Program-made: the position numbers and the translations under genes | Part shown: positions 18,761 to 27,520 of the stretch, one piece after another | How positions within the stretch are numbered: the first letter of the stretch is position 1 | Layout: every line of letters begins with the position of its first letter | Origin: Erysipelotrichaceae bacterium | Lineage (GTDB): Bacteria; Bacillota_I; Bacilli_A; Erysipelotrichales; Erysipelotrichaceae | Direction: 5' to 3' | Assembly: GCA_963676105.1 (NCBI GenBank) | Contig: OY781039.1 | Location: 1,080,001-1,112,000 of the forward strand | DNA: 32,000 nucleotides | The notes under the pieces: model-generated | What the model saw: the letters and a program-made list of their open reading frames with translations, nothing else | Databases searched by the model: none | What the model was told of the DNA's origin: nothing

Positions 18761-19525
18761 ATGAAAAAATCAAAAAGCGAAGTTGAACAACGTAGACGAA
18801 CAATATTAGATATATTATCTAAGGAAGAAAAAATTACTGCTGATATACTCGCGAGTCGTTTGAATGTAAGTCCCTTAACAATACGTAGGGACCTTCTATA
18901 TTGGGAATCTAAAAATAAAGTTGTATTAGCTTATGGAAAAATTACTCTAAAGGAATCTATTCATGTCTTTAATAATGAATTAAGTGATATTGAAAACAGA
19001 AAAAACTCCATCGCAAAAAAAGCCTGTGAATTTATTGATGATGGAGATACTGTGTTTATTAATACTAGTTCAACCGCTTTATTAATATTAAGATACTTAA
19101 AAGACAAGAAAGTTAATATTATTACTAATAATGCGAATGCTGTTTTCTTTCCTAAAGACTATCGAGTAAATATTCTATTGACGGGCGGCGAACTTAGAGA
19201 ACCAAAAGAATCAATGACAGGTGAATTTGCATTAAGTACGATTTCAAAAGTTACTGCCAATAAATGCATTATAGGTTGTAGCGGTATTACTTCAAGTATT
19301 GGTATTACCACAAAAGTCTTAGCTGAAGTGCCTATCAATGAACAGATGTTGAAAAATACCACAGGCATGAAGTTAGTGCTAGCTGATAGTAGTAAGATTA
19401 ATCATAATGATTCATTTGTTTCTTCATCACTTGATAGTATTGATTATCTTATTACCGACATTCAAGCCGATCCTACTGAAATTGAAAAGATTAAAAATAT
19501 TGGAGTTAAAATTATTGAAGTATAA
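18761..19525 (+). CDS. DeoR-family transcriptional repressor (UlaR-like)
   Basis: 254 aa. The N-terminal HTH is ITADILASRLNVSPLTIRRDLLYWE and a DeoR C-terminal sugar-phosphate sensor domain follows. It is divergent from ulaG, as ulaR is in enterobacteria. Confidence 0.88.
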   Translation: MKKSKSEVEQRRRTILDILSKEEKITADILASRLNVSPLTIRRDLLYWESKNKVVLAYGKITLKESIHVFNNELSDIENRKNSIAKKACEFIDDGDTVFINTSSTALLILRYLKDKKVNIITNNANAVFFPKDYRVNILLTGGELREPKESMTGEFALSTISKVTANKCIIGCSGITSSIGITTKVLAEVPINEQMLKNTTGMKLVLADSSKINHNDSFVSSSLDSIDYLITDIQADPTEIEKIKNIGVKIIEV

Positions 19526-19559
19526 TCCTTATTTATTATGGTGATGATGTTTTGATATG

Positions 19560-20366
19560 TTATTTTTGTTTTTCATTAATAACTTCTTTAATAACTTTGA
19601 GAACGCCTTCTTTTTCATTGGACTCAGCAATAAATTTTGCGAACTCTTTTAATTCATCTTGAGCATTTTCGACAATATAACTATATTTAACTGCTTGTAA
19701 CATTTCCTTATCATTCATGGCATCACCAAACGCCATCATTTCATCGTATTTTATATTTAGAATATCTGCTAACTCAGTCAATGCTTTTCCTTTATTTACA
19801 CCTTTAAGCGTTAAGTCAATCCAAACACTATGTCCTAGCACAATTTCATAATTATTCTGTAAATATTCTTGAACGCCATTATTGAAATGTTCTCGTGCGT
19901 TATTATCTGGATAATAGATTGAAATTTTTATGATATCCTCTTGATACTCTTTTAGATTGTTTGTCATTTTAATAGGATTAAAATACCAACTCATTTCATC
20001 ATAGTGGTCTTTATATTTCTCCTGCATATAAGCTGACGTAATGCCAAACAACACAGGAATACCTGCATTCTGTTGATCAAAGTAATCTATTATATGGTCT
20101 AAATCTTCTTTTAAAAAAACTTGAGCATCCAGCACTTTACCAAAACGTTCAATCGAGGCCCCATTATCGCCAAGGATTGATATTTTATTAGTATACTCTC
20201 CCATGAACTCTCTGATTTTAAACATAGGACGACCGCTTGCGATAACAAACTCTACTCCTAAATCTAATAACTGATCCAAATAAGAAAAGAAGTTGGAAGG
20301 TAATTCACCTTCTTTTGTCAGTAAAGTATTATCCATATCAGAAGCAATTAATTTAATATTTTTCAT
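19560..20366 (-). CDS. Cof-type HAD-IIB sugar-phosphate phosphatase (paralogue 3)
   Basis: 268 aa. The HAD motifs are IASDMDNTLL (DxDxT with Asn in place of Gly), ASGRP and FGDAMNDKEML. Confidence 0.85.
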   Translation of the reverse strand: MKNIKLIASDMDNTLLTKEGELPSNFFSYLDQLLDLGVEFVIASGRPMFKIREFMGEYTNKISILGDNGASIERFGKVLDAQVFLKEDLDHIIDYFDQQNAGIPVLFGITSAYMQEKYKDHYDEMSWYFNPIKMTNNLKEYQEDIIKISIYYPDNNAREHFNNGVQEYLQNNYEIVLGHSVWIDLTLKGVNKGKALTELADILNIKYDEMMAFGDAMNDKEMLQAVKYSYIVENAQDELKEFAKFIAESNEKEGVLKVIKEVINEKQK

Positions 20367-20516
20367 TGAATGACTCCTATTCCTAATTTATTTTAGTTTA
20401 AATAGCAATGTGTTTACAATAATGTTTTGGCTTTATTACATTTATGCAGCATCAATATTTTTAATATAAATTTCGAATAATCAATATGATAAAATGACGC
20501 TAATCGAGGTTGGTTT

Positions 20517-21329
20517 ATGTCATTAAAAGAATCAAATAAATTTTATAAATACGAAATTGGCGAAGGAATTCCCTTAATTATTTTCCATGGTTTATTTCAT
20601 GACGGACTAGTCATGCGCCATGTATTTGAAGATTCAGCTATAGATTTAAGCCCGTTTAAGCGTATTTATATTGATTTGGCAGGTATGGGGCAAAGCCCTA
20701 AACATAAACTAGAAAATAATACCGATACCATGCTTGAGTTATTAAAAGATTTTATTAAAGATCTCGTTTTAGATGAAAAATTTATAGTCTGTGGATATTC
20801 ATATGGAGGCTATATTGCCAAAGGGATTGCGAAACTATTTAAGGATCAAATTTTAGCTGAAATAGAAATTTGTCCTGTTGTTGAATCAGATATAAATAAA
20901 AGAAAATATCCAATCATAAAGTTTCAAGATATTGATGAAACAATTTTTAATACATTAGATAAAGGCAAACAAGATTATTTTAAACAAAATGCATCTGTCA
21001 TAAATCAAGGTTTAATAAATGGATTTAAAGATATCGATCGTGCCATAAGTCGTGCAAAGAGAGATTTTGTTTCCTCATTATTTAAGAATGGTTATGAAAG
21101 TAAATTAATAAAGAATAGCACCTTGATTCATACGCATCCCAGTTTATATATATTAGGAAAGCAAGATGTAGAAGTGGGTTATCAAGATGCCTTAGATCAG
21201 ATACAAATGTATAGTGATATACAAGTTGAACTGATGTCTGATGCAAGTCATTTCTTAATGTGGGAATATCCAGACAAATTTCTAGATATCATGAATTCAT
21301 TCTTATCTAAAATAAAAGCTGACGTCTAA
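20517..21329 (+). CDS. alpha/beta-fold hydrolase
   Basis: 270 aa. It has the HG oxyanion region IIFHGLFHDG, the nucleophile elbow GYSYGG and a C-terminal SHF (SDASHFLMWE) consistent with a Ser-Asp-His triad. Confidence 0.75.
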   Translation: MSLKESNKFYKYEIGEGIPLIIFHGLFHDGLVMRHVFEDSAIDLSPFKRIYIDLAGMGQSPKHKLENNTDTMLELLKDFIKDLVLDEKFIVCGYSYGGYIAKGIAKLFKDQILAEIEICPVVESDINKRKYPIIKFQDIDETIFNTLDKGKQDYFKQNASVINQGLINGFKDIDRAISRAKRDFVSSLFKNGYESKLIKNSTLIHTHPSLYILGKQDVEVGYQDALDQIQMYSDIQVELMSDASHFLMWEYPDKFLDIMNSFLSKIKADV

Positions 21330-21349
21330 TCAGCTTTGTTTTGTTTTTG
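21315..21349. terminator. weak hairpin spanning the overlapping convergent stop codons
   Basis: AAAGCTGA (21315-21322) pairs with TCAGCTTT (21330-21337) around a 7-nt loop that contains both stops. It is followed on the + strand by GTTTTGTTTTTG and on the - strand by TATTTT. Confidence 0.35.
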
Positions 21350-22303
21350 TAGTTCATCCCGCATTTTGCGATACATGATAATAGGACGATCACCAGGCAA
21401 TAATTGTTCATTAGATTTAAAAGATGATGCTTTTTGAGAATGCGTAATAACAACTCGTTTATCTTCCTCTTCAATCTTTCGATTCGCATAAGCCCCAATC
21501 TGTGCAATGAACCAGTTGATTGGTTTTATGGGGGTAAGTTTGGTATAGAATCTAATATACATATGAGTGGTTTCATCATCGACTGGCGCAAAGTATATAA
21601 TCACTCGTATCTTTTCACTAATATGATTCATCCAAATATTTGGAAACTTAAATCTAAGATGAAGGTTTTCATTATATGTACATTCTTCAGGTGCTAATGG
21701 TTTTTGCCCATGATCGACTTCATTTTGAGCACTGAGTCTTAAAACTTCATCTTCAAAAATAACTTTAGGACCATTCACTAAAGTTTTATTCCCTTTTCCA
21801 ATTGTTTTACGATGAATGAAAGGAAGATGTAAGACATCTAGTTGATTTTCAATAGCTCGTGAATAATGGGTATCCCAACAGTCTAAAATTTCACTATATG
21901 TCCATGTACTATCAATATCATTGAAGAACGGCAATTCATCACTGGCTTTTTCATAATCACCATAAAAAAGATAAATAATGCCATGTGCTTCTTTTACCTT
22001 ATAGGCTTTCACATTAAAGCGTTCAATATTACTTTGAAAGTTTTTACCAATGGATGGGACGTGCTGACATGTTCCATCTTGAGCAAATTCCAAACCATGA
22101 AAAGGACACATTAAACAATTATTTTTAAGTTCCCCTAAACTGAGTTTCACACCACGATGCGTACATAAGTCGGTAACACAACCTAAACTATTATCCTTAT
22201 TTCTCCAAAGTGCTAAATCTAATCCACAACGTCGAATAGATGTAATACTATTCTTAACGACTTCACTACTAGGCGCAATTGCATACCATTGATTTAAAAT
22301 CAT
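21326..22303 (-). CDS. Rieske [2Fe-2S] non-heme-iron oxygenase, alpha-subunit-like
   Basis: The Rieske motif is CTHRGVKLS...CPFHGLEF (CxH-x17-CxxH). The mononuclear iron motif is ENQLDVLHLPFIH, which equals E-x3-D-x2-H-x4-H. The start is set at ATG 22303 with AGGAG 5 nt upstream; the track start at 22330 is a GTG with no RBS. Confidence 0.8.
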   Translation of the reverse strand: MILNQWYAIAPSSEVVKNSITSIRRCGLDLALWRNKDNSLGCVTDLCTHRGVKLSLGELKNNCLMCPFHGLEFAQDGTCQHVPSIGKNFQSNIERFNVKAYKVKEAHGIIYLFYGDYEKASDELPFFNDIDSTWTYSEILDCWDTHYSRAIENQLDVLHLPFIHRKTIGKGNKTLVNGPKVIFEDEVLRLSAQNEVDHGQKPLAPEECTYNENLHLRFKFPNIWMNHISEKIRVIIYFAPVDDETTHMYIRFYTKLTPIKPINWFIAQIGAYANRKIEEEDKRVVITHSQKASSFKSNEQLLPGDRPIIMYRKMRDELQKQNKAD

Positions 22304-22350
22304 TGTTTCTCCTATTGCCTTCCCTGTCACTATTTATATTATAATTAATT

Positions 22351-22359
22351 TGTGATAAT
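22351..22359 (+). promoter_or_regulatory. possible extended -10 promoter element for argG
   Basis: TGTGATAAT fits TGnGATAAT, about 80 nt upstream of the argG ATG. The -35 is poor. The region is AT-rich, so the call is weak. Confidence 0.3.
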
Positions 22360-22440
22360 TCATGGAAAATTTTCATTTATTGTTGAAAATTATTTCATCA
22401 CCAATTAAACTTAGATAAACAATTTAAAGAGGACCTATTT

Positions 22441-23664
22441 ATGAGCGACATTAAAAAAGTAGTATTAGCATATTCTGGAGGTTTAGATACATCCATTATT
22501 ATTTCTTGGTTAAAAGAAAATTATGATAACTGTGAAGTCATCGCGGTATCAGGTGATGTAGGCCAAGGAACAGAACTAGATGGTTTAGAAGAGAAAGCTT
22601 TAAAAACTGGCGCATCTAAACTTTATATCGAAGATTTAAGAGAAGAATATGTGGATGATTTCATCATTCCAACGATGCAAGCAGGCGCACGCTATGAAGG
22701 GTATCTTTTAGGTACTTCACATGCTCGTCCAATCATCGCAAAACGTATTGCAGAAATTGCGATTAAAGAAGGGGCTGATGCGATTTGTCATGGCGCAACC
22801 GGTAAAGGAAATGACCAAGTTCGTTTCGAATTAACCTTTAAAGCGTTTGCCCCAGAGATGGCAATTATTGCTCCTTGGCGTATTTGGGATATTAAGTCAC
22901 GTGAAGAAGCGATTGAATATGCAGAAGCACGTAATATTCCACTAAAAATTAATCGTGAAACAAACTACTCAAAAGATAAAAATATCTGGCATTTATCCCA
23001 CGAAGGTTTAGATCTAGAAGATGTTGGAAATGAACCTACTTATAATAAAGAAGGCTTCTTAGAAATGGGTGTCTCACCAGAAATGGCCCCTGATCAAGCT
23101 GAATATGTTGAACTCGAATTTGTTCAAGGTGTTCCAACGACTTTAAATGGTGAAAAAATGAAAGCCATCGATATTATTTATAAACTTAACGATTTAGGTG
23201 GAAAACATGGTGTTGGATTATTAGACTTAGTTGAAAATAGACTTGTTGGCATGAAATCTCGTGGTGTTTATGAAACACCAGGTGGTGAAATTCTCTATCG
23301 TGCTCATGCATTACTTGAAAGCATTACGTTAGATAAAGAAACTGCTCACTTAAAAGAGTCATTAGCTCTTAAATTCGGTGACTTTGTTTACAATGGTCAA
23401 TGGTTTACCAAAGCTCGTGAAGCATTAAGTGCTTTTGTCACTTCAACTCAAGAAAATGTTACAGGTAAAGTACGACTAAAACTTTATAAAGGAAATATCA
23501 TTCCTGCAGGTGCATGGTCTGATTATTCTTTATACAGTGAAGAGTTAGCTTCATTTGGTGAAAGTGATTATAATCAAAAAGATGCTGAAGGCTTCATTAA
23601 TCTATATGGTTTACCACTTAAAGTTAAAGCGGTATTAGATAAACAACTAAAGGATAAAAAATAA
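22441..23664 (+). CDS. argG: argininosuccinate synthase
   Basis: 407 aa. The N-terminal ATP-binding motif is [12 protein letters not shown], and [13 protein letters not shown] and [18 protein letters not shown] are also present. The RBS is AAGAGGA. Confidence 0.95.
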   Translation: MSDIKKVVLAYSGGLDTSIIISWLKENYDNCEVIAVSGDVGQGTELDGLEEKALKTGASKLYIEDLREEYVDDFIIPTMQAGARYEGYLLGTSHARPIIAKRIAEIAIKEGADAICHGATGKGNDQVRFELTFKAFAPEMAIIAPWRIWDIKSREEAIEYAEARNIPLKINRETNYSKDKNIWHLSHEGLDLEDVGNEPTYNKEGFLEMGVSPEMAPDQAEYVELEFVQGVPTTLNGEKMKAIDIIYKLNDLGGKHGVGLLDLVENRLVGMKSRGVYETPGGEILYRAHALLESITLDKETAHLKESLALKFGDFVYNGQWFTKAREALSAFVTSTQENVTGKVRLKLYKGNIIPAGAWSDYSLYSEELASFGESDYNQKDAEGFINLYGLPLKVKAVLDKQLKDKK

Positions 23665-25046
23665 TGAAACTGTGGTCTGGAAGATTTAGTACAGATACAG
23701 ACGAAATGGTGGATGAGTTTAACGCGTCCATCCATTTTGATAAGCGTTTTTATCCTTATGATATTCAAGGTTCTATCGCCCATGCGACAATGTTGGGTGC
23801 AGTAGGCATCATTGATAAAGCTGATTCAGAACTCATCATCAAAACTTTAAATGATATTAAAGTTGATTTCGATAAGGGTTTGATTGAATTCAAAACATCT
23901 GATGAAGATATTCATATGGCAGTTGAATCAGAACTGACTCGACGAATTGGCGATGCGGGTAAGAAATTACATACTGCTCGATCTAGAAATGATCAAGTGG
24001 CTTTAGATTTTAGATTATATCTTAGAGCTGAAATTCAAACGATTCTATCTGATACTTTAAATCTTATCAATGTTTTAAAAGAATTAGCTGAAAAGCATAC
24101 AGAAACAATTCTTCCTGCTTATACCCATCTTCAACGTGCGCAGCCAACTAGTTTTGCACATGTGATGATGGCTTACACCAATATGTTGATGCGTGATGTA
24201 ACAAGACTTGAAGATTGTTATTCACGATTTGATGTGATGCCATTAGGTTCTGGTGCATTAACTTCAACAACCTATCCAATTGACCGTGAAATGGTCGCAA
24301 AACTTTTAAATTTCTCAAAAGTGACTGAAAATAGTTTAGATGGGGTTAGTGATCGTGACTATGCAATTGAACTACTCTCTGATCTATCTATTTTAATGAT
24401 GCATTTATCTCGTTTCTCTGAAGAAATCATTCTTTGGAGTTCTTGGGAATATAAATTCATTGAATTATCCGATGCTTACAGTACAGGCTCAAGTATGATG
24501 CCACAAAAGAAAAACCCTGATATTGCTGAACTTGTACGTGGTAAAACAGGACGTGTTTATGGTAGTCTTATGGCTTTCTTAACGGTTATGAAAGCTTTAC
24601 CTTTAGCCTACAACAAGGATATGCAAGAAGATAAAGAATCTGTCTTTGATGCGGTGGATACTTTAAAACAAGTCCTCCCTATCTTTGCAGCTATGATTAA
24701 AACCATGAGCATCAATAATGATCGTATGCTTCAAGCAGCTAATGAAGGTTTTATCAATGCGACAGACTGTGCTGATTACTTAGTTAAAAAATCTCTTCCT
24801 TTTAGAGATGCGTATACCGTCGTTGGTCAAACTGTTAGTTACTGCATTGAAAACAAGAAAACACTAGAAACACTCAGTATTGAAGAATATAAATCATTCT
24901 CAGAACTATTTGAAAAAGATGTTTATGAAGCGATTGATCTATACAATTGTGTTCAAAAACGCAAAGTGATTGGTGGACCAGCCAAAGAAGCCGTACTTAA
25001 ACAGATTGAATCCGTTAATAGCTTCTTAAAGGAAAGACAATCATGA
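23664..25046 (+). CDS. argH: argininosuccinate lyase
   Basis: 460 aa. It carries the fumarate-lyase signature [12 protein letters not shown], plus TARSRNDQV and TH.QRAQP. A TAATG overlap joins it to argG. Confidence 0.95.
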   Translation: MKLWSGRFSTDTDEMVDEFNASIHFDKRFYPYDIQGSIAHATMLGAVGIIDKADSELIIKTLNDIKVDFDKGLIEFKTSDEDIHMAVESELTRRIGDAGKKLHTARSRNDQVALDFRLYLRAEIQTILSDTLNLINVLKELAEKHTETILPAYTHLQRAQPTSFAHVMMAYTNMLMRDVTRLEDCYSRFDVMPLGSGALTSTTYPIDREMVAKLLNFSKVTENSLDGVSDRDYAIELLSDLSILMMHLSRFSEEIILWSSWEYKFIELSDAYSTGSSMMPQKKNPDIAELVRGKTGRVYGSLMAFLTVMKALPLAYNKDMQEDKESVFDAVDTLKQVLPIFAAMIKTMSINNDRMLQAANEGFINATDCADYLVKKSLPFRDAYTVVGQTVSYCIENKKTLETLSIEEYKSFSELFEKDVYEAIDLYNCVQKRKVIGGPAKEAVLKQIESVNSFLKERQS

Positions 25047-25972
25047 GTTTACCTAAAGTATTTATTGATGGACAAGCCGGCACAACGGGTTTAGAAATCT
25101 ATGAAAGACTTCAAAACAGAAATGACATCGAACTTCTCATCATTGATGAAGCTTTAAGAAAAGATGACAATGAAAGAAGCCGTTTAATGAATGAAGCAGA
25201 TTTGGTTTTCTTATGTTTACCTGATCAAGCAGCCATTGAAGCTGTAAAGCTAGTAAACAATCCAAAAACTAAGATCATAGATGCTTCTACCGCACATCGA
25301 ACTAATCCGAATTGGACCTTTGGTTTTCCTGAATTATCAAAAGAAAACTATATCGCTATTCAAAATAGTACCCGAGTAGCCAATCCTGGTTGTCATGCGA
25401 CAGGTTTTATTGCGATTGTTTATCCACTGATTAAACTAGGAATTCTAGATTCAGAGAACGCATTAACTGCTTTCTCAATTACCGGTTATTCTGGTGGTGG
25501 TAAAAAAATGATTCAAGCTTATGAACATGAGCGTACTGAAGACATGGATACTGCAACATTATACAAACTCGATTTAAATCATAAGCACATCCCCGAAATG
25601 ATGTATGTAACAGGGTTAAAGACTAAACCCATCTTTGTGCCTATCTTAGATAACTTCTATCGAGGCATGAGTACAAATATTGCTTTACATGTTAGTCAAT
25701 TAAACACTAAAGAAACGGTTGAATCACTGTTGCTTAAATTAAGTGATTATTATAATGACTCTGCCTTTGTATCTATTTCAAAAATGCCTGAAAATCAACT
25801 ACTACCAACACATTTTGGAAAAAATACAAACAACTTAGAAATTACTGTCAGTGGAAATGATGAGCAAATCTTACTATCTGCTCGATTTGATAACTTAGGT
25901 AAAGGGGCTTCAGGCGCTGCTGTACAGAATATGAATATCTTGCTTGGTTTAGACGAAAAAGCAGGATTGTGA
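25043..25972 (+). CDS. argC: N-acetyl-gamma-glutamyl-phosphate reductase, uncommon short form
   Basis: 309 aa. [23 protein letters not shown], the active-site NPGCHATG and GYSGGGKK follow the pattern of the short, uncommon ArgC subfamily rather than the ~345-aa common form. An ATGA overlap joins it to argH. Confidence 0.88.
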   Translation: MSLPKVFIDGQAGTTGLEIYERLQNRNDIELLIIDEALRKDDNERSRLMNEADLVFLCLPDQAAIEAVKLVNNPKTKIIDASTAHRTNPNWTFGFPELSKENYIAIQNSTRVANPGCHATGFIAIVYPLIKLGILDSENALTAFSITGYSGGGKKMIQAYEHERTEDMDTATLYKLDLNHKHIPEMMYVTGLKTKPIFVPILDNFYRGMSTNIALHVSQLNTKETVESLLLKLSDYYNDSAFVSISKMPENQLLPTHFGKNTNNLEITVSGNDEQILLSARFDNLGKGASGAAVQNMNILLGLDEKAGL

Positions 25973-25999
25973 AAATTTTGAAAACTTTTCTGAAAGTAT

Positions 26000-26027
26000 T
26001 TGTAAAATAAATTTATTTGTGTATAAT
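26000..26027 (+). promoter_or_regulatory. sigma-A type promoter for the T-box leader / argJBDF
   Basis: A -35 TTGTAA (26000-26005), a 16-nt spacer and a perfect -10 TATAAT (26022-26027) preceded by TGTG. Confidence 0.5.
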
Positions 26028-26035
26028 AATCGCAT

Positions 26036-26266
26036 AAGCAATGATCAAGAGTAGTAGTTTCTTCTCTTAAGGGTTAGCGACTTGCAGATGGTGGAAGGCA
26101 AGACTTAATAAGAAATGAACGTACTTGTGAGCTGATGTCTCGAAATTTGAGGGATATTCCGTATGATGCTGCGTTAAAGCATAGAGTTGTCATACTTCGT
26201 GTATGAAATTAAGGTGGTACCGCGTTATTCAAGACGTCCTTTGTATGAAGGATGTCTTTTTTATTT
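26036..26266 (+). promoter_or_regulatory. T-box riboswitch leader, specifier codon CGU (arginine)
   Basis: The stem I base is CAAG (26046-49) paired with CTTG (26124-27), and the upper helix is TTTCTT (26058-63) paired with AAGAAA (26110-15). The 5' loop strand is AGTAGTAG. The specifier loop is GAA-CGT-A, with CGT at 26120-26122. The AG-bay is AGCGA and the distal loop is cttgc-AGATGGTGGAAG-gcaag. The T-box sequence is AAGGTGGTACCGCG (26211-26224). A terminator follows. Confidence 0.85.
26231..26266 (+). terminator. T-box leader intrinsic terminator
   Basis: AAGACGTCCT (26231-40) pairs with AGGATGTCTT (26249-58) as 10 bp with one G.U, around an 8-nt loop, followed by a T-run. The left arm can pair alternatively with the T-box sequence to form the antiterminator. 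Confidence 0.8.
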
Positions 26267-26288
26267 ATAAAGACATAAGGAGAGAAAC

Positions 26289-27506
26289 ATGAAGTTGATC
26301 AGTGGAAGTATCTGTGCAGCCAAAGGGTTTAGCACATCAGCCATGCATGTAGGGGTCAAAACCAAAAACAAAGAGAAAAAAGATTTAGCTTTGATCGTAA
26401 GTGAAGTTGTAGCCAACACAGCAGCTGTCTACACCAAAAACAAAGTTCAAGCAGCACCCATTCATGTGACGAAGAAAAATCTTGATAACCACAAAGCACA
26501 AGCGATTATCGTTAATAGTGGCAACGCCAATGCTTGTGCCATCAATGGTGAAGAACATGCCTTAAGCACTTGTACTAAAGTAGCACAAGAACTACACATC
26601 AACGAGAGTGATGTTGTGGTCGCATCCACAGGCGTTATTGGTCAAGAACTAAATGTTTCTGTGATACTTGATGGGATACCAAAACTAACAAAATCACTCA
26701 GTTCTACAAAGGACATGGATGCAGCTGAAGCAATCATGACCACCGATACAAAGTCAAAAAGTATCGCATTAGAGTTTGAACTTGATGGTCAAATATGTCA
26801 CATCGGAGCGATTGCGAAAGGATCAGGCATGATCCACCCTAATATGGGTACAATGTTGTGTTTTATCACAACTGATGTCGCGATTAATGAAGTCATACTG
26901 CAAAAAGCACTAGTTGATGCGGTAAATGTGAGCTTCAATCGTGTCTCAGTTGATGGAGATACATCAACCAATGATATGTGTACGATCATGGCAAATGGTC
27001 TAAGTTTAAATGCTGAGATTACACAGATGGATGAAAACTATGATGTTTTCTACACAGCTTTAGAAACAGTCTGCATTGATCTAGCTAAAAAAATTGCGGC
27101 AGATGGCGAAGGTGCTAAGCACTTAGTAACATGTACTGTAAGTCAAGCTAAGTCAGACTTAGATGCAGAAACAATGGCAAAATCAGTCATTGCTTCATCA
27201 CTAGTAAAAACCGCTATCTTTGGCTCTGATGCCAACTGGGGTCGAGTCATCTGTGCGATGGGCTACTCTGGGGTTGAGTTCAATCCAAATCAAGTCAGCA
27301 TTGATTTTAAATCCAGTGTTGGCAAAGTTGAAGTATGTAAAGATGGTAAAGGCTTAGTCTTTGATGAAGATTTAGCCAAGAAAATCTTAAGTGAAGAAGC
27401 CATTGAAATAGAAATATCCCTAAATGAAGGAAACGAGACAGTTACCGCATGGGGATGTGATCTCTCCTATGATTACGTTAAAATTAATGGAGATTATCGC
27501 TCATGA
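26289..27506 (+). CDS. argJ: bifunctional ornithine acetyltransferase / N-acetylglutamate synthase
   Basis: 405 aa. The autoprocessing site is HPNMGTMLCFITTD and the TDT and SVDGDTSTND motifs are present. The RBS is AAGGAGAG. Confidence 0.93.
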   Translation: MKLISGSICAAKGFSTSAMHVGVKTKNKEKKDLALIVSEVVANTAAVYTKNKVQAAPIHVTKKNLDNHKAQAIIVNSGNANACAINGEEHALSTCTKVAQELHINESDVVVASTGVIGQELNVSVILDGIPKLTKSLSSTKDMDAAEAIMTTDTKSKSIALEFELDGQICHIGAIAKGSGMIHPNMGTMLCFITTDVAINEVILQKALVDAVNVSFNRVSVDGDTSTNDMCTIMANGLSLNAEITQMDENYDVFYTALETVCIDLAKKIAADGEGAKHLVTCTVSQAKSDLDAETMAKSVIASSLVKTAIFGSDANWGRVICAMGYSGVEFNPNQVSIDFKSSVGKVEVCKDGKGLVFDEDLAKKILSEEAIEIEISLNEGNETVTAWGCDLSYDYVKINGDYRS

Positions 27507-27520
27507 GCGAGGAGGCACGT

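Noticed and set aside
9217-20366. Whether one of the three HAD phosphatases supplies the histidinol-phosphate phosphatase missing from the his operon (HisB here is monofunctional).
   Set aside because: They are Cof-type HAD-IIB sugar phosphatases embedded in or next to the ula locus, not the HisB-N type. Bacillota usually use a PHP-family HisK/HisJ encoded elsewhere. Nothing in the sequence links them to his.
22304-22330. The track's longer Rieske ORF starting at GTG 22330 (MTGKAIGET...).
   Set aside because: The internal ATG 22303 is preceded by AGGAG at optimal spacing, and the GTG has no RBS. The extension adds nine non-conserved-looking residues.
25973-26000. AT-only dyads (GAAAATTTTGAAAACTTTTC) right after argC, as a possible argGHC terminator.
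   Set aside because: The stems would be 4-5 A/T pairs with 0-1 nt loops, which are not thermodynamically credible. I therefore treat argC-to-leader read-through as likely.
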